Source of the DNA: an uncultured Holophaga sp. | GTDB taxonomy: Bacteria > Acidobacteriota > Holophagae > Holophagales > Holophagaceae | Length of the DNA: 64,000 bases | NCBI GenBank assembly: GCA_963664825.1 | Contig: OY761614.1 | Location: 1,440,001 to 1,504,000, forward strand | Direction: 5' to 3' | Shown here: piece after piece, positions 59,476 through 64,000 of the stretch | How positions within the stretch are numbered: position 1 is the first letter of the stretch | Layout: every line of letters begins with the position of its first letter | Notes under the pieces: model-generated | What the model was told of the DNA's origin: nothing | Seen by the model: only the letters and a program-made list of their open reading frames with translations | Database searches by the model: none | Translations under genes and position numbers: made by a program

Positions 59476-61932
59476 TCAGGGCTTGCGACGTTTATCCTTA
59501 GCCGCGCTTTTCTTCGTCACCTTGCCGTCCACGGGGACGGGCCTTCCGATGCCCCTGCGGTCGGGGCAGACCCACTTGGTGAGGGCCATCTCGAAGACTT
59601 CCTCCACATGGTGGACCGGGTGGAAGCGCAGCTTGGCGCGCACTTCGGGGGAGATCTCCTCCAGATCTTTGAGATTGGCGTGGGGGATGATGATGTCCTT
59701 GATGCCCACCCGCAGGGCCGCCAGGGACTTCTCCTTGAGGCCGCCAATGGGCAGGGCTTCGCCCCGCAGATCGATCTCGCCGGTCATGGCGATGGTGTTC
59801 TTCACGGGGATGCCCTTGAGGGCCGATAGCAGCACGGTGGCGATGGCGAGACCCGCGCTGGGGCCGTCCTTGGGGATGGCGCCTTCGGGGAAGTGGATGT
59901 GTATATCGTGCTTCTGGAAGAGTTCGGGGTCGATCTCGAAGGCTTCGCTGCGGCTGCGGATGTAGCTGAGGGCCGCCTGGGCGCTCTCCTTCATCACATC
60001 CCCCAGCTGGCCGGTGAGGATGAGCCCGCCCTTGCCGGGCATCTTGAGGGCCTCCACGAAGAGCACTTCGCCGCCGGTGGAGGTCCAGGCCAGGCCCGTG
60101 ATCACGCCCACCCGAGGCGCCTTCAGGCGCTCATCCTGGAGCAGCTTTACGGGGCCCAGGAGCTCCTGGATGTTGGCCTCCGCAAGGGTGAACTTCCCCT
60201 CCTGCTTATCCTCGGCCACTCTGCGGGCGACCTTGCGACAGACGCTGCCCACTTCGCGCTCCAGCTGCCGCAGCCCCGCTTCCCGGGTATAGCCCTGGAT
60301 CAGGGCCTTGAGCCCCGATTTCGCGAAGCTCACCTGGGCCTTCGTGACGCCATTCTTTTCGAGCTGGCGGGGGATCAGGTGCTTCTCGGCGATGCTGATC
60401 TTCTCCTGCAGGGTGTAGCTGGAGAGGTGGATGATCTCCATGCGGTCCCGGAAGGCGGGTTGGATGGGATCCAGCTCGTTGGCGGTGGTGAGGAAGAGCA
60501 CCTGGCTGAGATCGATGGGCACGTTCATGTAGTTATCGCGGAAGGTGTGGTTCTGCTCGGGATCCAGCACCTCCAGCAGGGCCGCGCTGGGGTCGCCGCG
60601 CATATCCCGGCCGATCTTGTCGACCTCGTCGAGCACGATGACGGGGTTCATGGTCTTCACCTGATGCAGGGCCTGGATGATGCGGCCCGGCATGGCTCCC
60701 ACATAGGTGCGGCGGTGGCCCCGGATCTCACTCTCGTCGTGGACGCCCCCCAGGGAGAGCCGGGCGAACTTGCGGCCCAGGGCCCGGGCCACGCTCTTGC
60801 CGAGGGAAGTCTTGCCCGTGCCCGGAGGGCCGACGAAGCAGAGGATGGTGCCCTTCAGGTCCGGGCGGAGCTTGCGCACAGCCAGGAATTCCATGAGGCG
60901 GTCCTTGATTTTGTCGAGGCCGTCGTGGTCTTCGTCCAGGATCGCCTGAGCCAGCTTGAGGTCCTTGTTGTCCTCGCTCTGGATGCCCCAGGGCATTTCG
61001 GTCATCCACTCCAGATAGGTGCGGGTGACGGCGGTTTCGCTGGAATCCGGGTGCATGCGCTCCAGCTTCTTGAGGTTGCGCTCGATCTCGGCAAGGATCT
61101 CCTCGGGCACGCTCAAGGGGGCGATCTTGTCCCGGAAGGCCTGAATCTCCTCGGCCAGTTCATTGGCCTCGCCCAGTTCGTTCTGGATGGCCTTGAGCTG
61201 CTGGCGGAGGTAATACTCCCGCTGGCCCTTGTCCATCTCCCCCCGGGCCTCCATGGTGATCTTCTGCTGGACCTCCAGCAGATCGATCTCCCGCATCAGG
61301 AGTTCGTGGACGCGCTTGAGGCGGTGGATGGGTTCCACGATCTCAAGGACCTCCTGGAGCTGAGGGGGCTTGAGCTCGAGATTGGAGGCCACCAGATCGG
61401 CCAAGCGGCCCGGCGCGTCCAGGTTGGCGGCGATGACGAGCACTTCCTGGTTCAGGTTCTTGCCCAGTGCCACGGCCTTCTCGAGGGTCTGCTTCACGGT
61501 GCGCATGAGGGCATCGAGTTCGATGCCCCGCTCCGTGAGCTCGGGCTCCACGATGGGCTCCACCCGGGCCTTGAAGAGGTTTTCGGTCTCGGTGAAATAC
61601 TCCACCCGCACCCGCTGGAGCCCTTGTACTAGCGCGCGGATGCGGCCATCCGGAAGCTTGAGGACCCGCATGATGAGGGCGGCCGTGCCCACCCGGTAGA
61701 GGTCATCGGGGCCCGGGTCATCCATCTCCATCTGCTTCTGGCTGAGCAGCAGGATCATGCGGCTCTCCACCAGGGCCGTGTCGACGGCCTTGAGGGACTT
61801 CTCCCGGCTCACGGAGAGGGGCAGGATCACGTAGGGATAGACCACCACATCCCGCAGGGGCAATACGGGTAGGACTTCGGGGATCTTCGGGGATTCATCC
61901 AAGAGCTGGGGGACGTCGCGTTCTTCGGCCAC
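59476..61932 (-). CDS. lon: ATP-dependent protease La
   Basis: LPLRDVVVYP, GPPGTGKTS, RGHRRTYVGAMPG, PKDGPSAG, IGGLKEK. Confidence 0.97.
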   Translation of the reverse strand: MAEERDVPQLLDESPKIPEVLPVLPLRDVVVYPYVILPLSVSREKSLKAVDTALVESRMILLLSQKQMEMDDPGPDDLYRVGTAALIMRVLKLPDGRIRALVQGLQRVRVEYFTETENLFKARVEPIVEPELTERGIELDALMRTVKQTLEKAVALGKNLNQEVLVIAANLDAPGRLADLVASNLELKPPQLQEVLEIVEPIHRLKRVHELLMREIDLLEVQQKITMEARGEMDKGQREYYLRQQLKAIQNELGEANELAEEIQAFRDKIAPLSVPEEILAEIERNLKKLERMHPDSSETAVTRTYLEWMTEMPWGIQSEDNKDLKLAQAILDEDHDGLDKIKDRLMEFLAVRKLRPDLKGTILCFVGPPGTGKTSLGKSVARALGRKFARLSLGGVHDESEIRGHRRTYVGAMPGRIIQALHQVKTMNPVIVLDEVDKIGRDMRGDPSAALLEVLDPEQNHTFRDNYMNVPIDLSQVLFLTTANELDPIQPAFRDRMEIIHLSSYTLQEKISIAEKHLIPRQLEKNGVTKAQVSFAKSGLKALIQGYTREAGLRQLEREVGSVCRKVARRVAEDKQEGKFTLAEANIQELLGPVKLLQDERLKAPRVGVITGLAWTSTGGEVLFVEALKMPGKGGLILTGQLGDVMKESAQAALSYIRSRSEAFEIDPELFQKHDIHIHFPEGAIPKDGPSAGLAIATVLLSALKGIPVKNTIAMTGEIDLRGEALPIGGLKEKSLAALRVGIKDIIIPHANLKDLEEISPEVRAKLRFHPVHHVEEVFEMALTKWVCPDRRGIGRPVPVDGKVTKKSAAKDKRRKP

Positions 61933-61964
61933 GGGTTACCTCTGTCTTCAGTGTACGTCTGACA

Positions 61965-62555
61965 TTAGCGCACTTTCCGGCGCTTGCTGGGGCCCAGGCG
62001 GGCCGGGGCGAGACCCGGGAAGAGGGGTGTGGGGCTGGGTGCCCCCGGGGGAGGGGAGACTGGCACTGCCGGAGCGCGGGGCTCGGGGGGCCGGGGGTGG
62101 CTTTGAGCCACCATCATTCCCTCCAGGGCCAGCACGAAATCCGGCAGATCCTTGAAATCACGATAGACGCTGGCGAAGCGCACATAGGCCACCGAGTCCA
62201 AGCGCTTGAGGGCATCCATCACTAGATCGCCCAGGCTGCGGCTGGAGATCTCGCGGTCGGGTTGTTCCAGCAGGCGAGCCTGGATATCCCCTGCGGCCTC
62301 TTCGAGCTGGGTGAGGGTCACGGGCCGCTTTTGGCAGGCCGCCATCATGCCCCGGAGCAGCTTCTGGCGGTCGAAAGGCTCCCGGCGGCCATCCTTCTTC
62401 ACGATGAGTACGGGCATTTCCTCCACCCGCTCATAGCTCGTGAAGCGTCGCCCGCAGGCTAGGCATTCCCGGCGGCGGCGGATGGCATCGCCTTCCCGGG
62501 TCTCCCGGGAATCCACCACCTTGTCCTCGATATGGCCACAAAAGGGGCAACGCAT
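61965..62555 (-). CDS. nrdR: Transcriptional repressor NrdR
   Basis: MRCPFC, VVDSR, IRRRREC..C..RFTSYE, ATP cone, VAYVRFASVY. Confidence 0.95.
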   Translation of the reverse strand: MRCPFCGHIEDKVVDSRETREGDAIRRRRECLACGRRFTSYERVEEMPVLIVKKDGRREPFDRQKLLRGMMAACQKRPVTLTQLEEAAGDIQARLLEQPDREISSRSLGDLVMDALKRLDSVAYVRFASVYRDFKDLPDFVLALEGMMVAQSHPRPPEPRAPAVPVSPPPGAPSPTPLFPGLAPARLGPSKRRKVR

Positions 62556-62606
62556 GGAACTAGGCTACATGGCTCAGGGTTCTGGGTCGCAGGAGATTAT
62601 GCGTCC

Positions 62607-63050
62607 TCAACCTTCAATGATTCGAGGCTCCATCCGGATCCGGCAGGCGATGGAATTGGCCACGATGCAGTATTTGTGGGCCTTGTGGAAGAGCTCCTCC
62701 ACGCGATCCTTGGGGGTACCCGCCGCCACACGAATGGTGGGCCGCAGGCGGATTTCCCCCACCCGGGAGACCCGGTCCGTCGTTTCCAGGGTGGACTCCA
62801 CCTGGTCTTCATAGGCCATGATCTCGAACCCCGCCCTGGAGGCTAGCGCCAGGAAGGTGAGGAGGTGACAGGTGGCCAGGGCCGAACCCAGCAGTTCCTC
62901 GGGATTCCAGCGGGTGGGATCCCCGGCATGGGCCGGGGCGCTGCTGGCGGGGATTGCCGCATGGCCGGGAAGGGAGAGCTCGGCGTCGCGGCTGTAGGCA
63001 GGCTCCAGCGTGTTACCGGACCAGCGGAGGGTGAGGGGGTGGGTGGACAT
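62607..63050 (-). CDS. OsmC/Ohr family protein
   Basis: WNPEELL..LATCH and AHKYCIVANSI two-Cys pattern. GGGAG RBS. Confidence 0.88.
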   Translation of the reverse strand: MSTHPLTLRWSGNTLEPAYSRDAELSLPGHAAIPASSAPAHAGDPTRWNPEELLGSALATCHLLTFLALASRAGFEIMAYEDQVESTLETTDRVSRVGEIRLRPTIRVAAGTPKDRVEELFHKAHKYCIVANSIACRIRMEPRIIEG

Positions 63051-63141
63051 GAAGACTCCCAGGGTTCGAAGAATAGGCCTATCCATTGTGGGCCTTCTAC
63101 CTTGGATGCGCCCCGGGAGGGAATGATCCCTGGGGAGACGA

Positions 63142-63702
63142 TTGGTTTCCCCTGGCCCCAGAGCGGAAGGGTCGCTTCGAACCTACATTGGGGCCGTGGC
63201 CGAGGAATTCTCACTCACCGCCGTGAAAACTGTTCCTGACGGGAGCGGTTATGGAATGTCATCCACTGGGTCAGGCAAGAAGGCCCCTGAGAAAGCCTCT
63301 GGTGGAACCGATAGCCTGGAACTCTCCCCCGAGGCCCAGAAGAAGATCGCCGCACTTCAGCGAATAGATCTGGATGTGCGGGCCCACGAGGCCGCTCATA
63401 TGGCCGCCGGAGGGGGCCTCGTCCGGGGAGGGGCAACCTTCAGCTACACCCGGGGGCCGGATGGGAAGGCCTACGCCGTGGGGGGGGAAGTGAGTATCGA
63501 TGCTTCGGCGGTGCCCGACGATCCGGAGGCCACTCTTCAGAAGGCCCGGCAGGTCAAGGCCGCGGCCCTAGCGCCGGCGGATCCTTCCCCTCAGGATCGG
63601 AAGGTGGCGACCTCGGCCGAGGCCATGGCTGCCCAGGCCTCCGCGGAACTGGCCCATCGGGCCGTGCCATCCCCAGGGGCTAGGCTCGATATCGTGGCCT
63701 GA
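63142..63702 (+). CDS. SprA-related (HExxH) family protein
   Basis: [48 protein letters not shown]. Start uncertain. Confidence 0.8.
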   Translation: MVSPGPRAEGSLRTYIGAVAEEFSLTAVKTVPDGSGYGMSSTGSGKKAPEKASGGTDSLELSPEAQKKIAALQRIDLDVRAHEAAHMAAGGGLVRGGATFSYTRGPDGKAYAVGGEVSIDASAVPDDPEATLQKARQVKAAALAPADPSPQDRKVATSAEAMAAQASAELAHRAVPSPGARLDIVA

Positions 63703-63722
63703 AGCCCCCGGGATGGGGATCC

Positions 63723-64000
63723 CTACCAGCCGATTTGCCGGCCCCTATTCTGCTTCTCCAGCCACTTGGTGAGGGGTGCGAAGTACTCGGCCATGGCGCG
63801 GGTGCTGAGGTCTTCGCCAGTGGCGTCCTTGAGGAGTTTGCGCCAATCCTCGGTGGCCCCCTTCTTCAGCCAGGTCTCGAGGTACTTGCCCACCTCCGGG
63901 TGACCGGCGTAATTGGCGGCATGGGGATCCTGCTTGAGGATGTGCTTGCAGATGTAGTCGTGGAACTGGAACTTCAGCACGAAGGCGATGTTGTAGTTGA
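63723..64000 (-). CDS. C-terminal part of an M2 (ACE-like peptidyl-dipeptidase) metallopeptidase
   Basis: VLKFQFH..C, GA..DW..LL..ATGEDLS..AM.EYF.PL..WL..QN..IGW. Runs off the window end. Confidence 0.8.
   Translation of the reverse strand, partial: NYNIAFVLKFQFHDYICKHILKQDPHAANYAGHPEVGKYLETWLKKGATEDWRKLLKDATGEDLSTRAMAEYFAPLTKWLEKQNRGRQIGW

Overview
GC-rich bacterial chromosome segment that spans the replication origin. Gene content and style suggest Acidobacteriota/Holophagaceae (Geothrix/Holophaga-like); this assignment is inference. The core is gyrA-gyrB-dnaN-[DnaA-box cluster]-dnaA on the minus strand and rpmH-rnpA-yidC-jag-mnmE-gatB on the plus strand. Four parS palindromes flank it, one lying directly on the gyrA start codon. 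Other housekeeping genes are thyX, tal, an acyl-CoA carboxyltransferase, lipA, purB, glyA, an oversized glmS, ribD, ftsY, lon and nrdR. The best leads for undescribed biology are: (1) a secreted C10 cysteine protease ending in a dockerin-like module, followed by a lipoprotein with a cohesin-like pattern (the two are fused here by an apparent 1-bp deletion), suggesting non-cellulosomal surface display of a protease; (2) a low-GC insert beside an IS256 relic that encodes a Cys-rich secreted mini-protein and a propeller-like partner; (3) an unannotated 25-aa ORF with a strong RBS in front of tandem CPBP/CAAX proteases, one catalytically degenerate; (4) a Zn-ribbon/FHA/TPR/RDD envelope cluster; (5) tandem KimA-like K+ transporters; and (6) several apparent pseudo-enzymes. 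I saw no tRNA, rRNA or CRISPR array. All calls come from reading motifs by eye, with no database searches.
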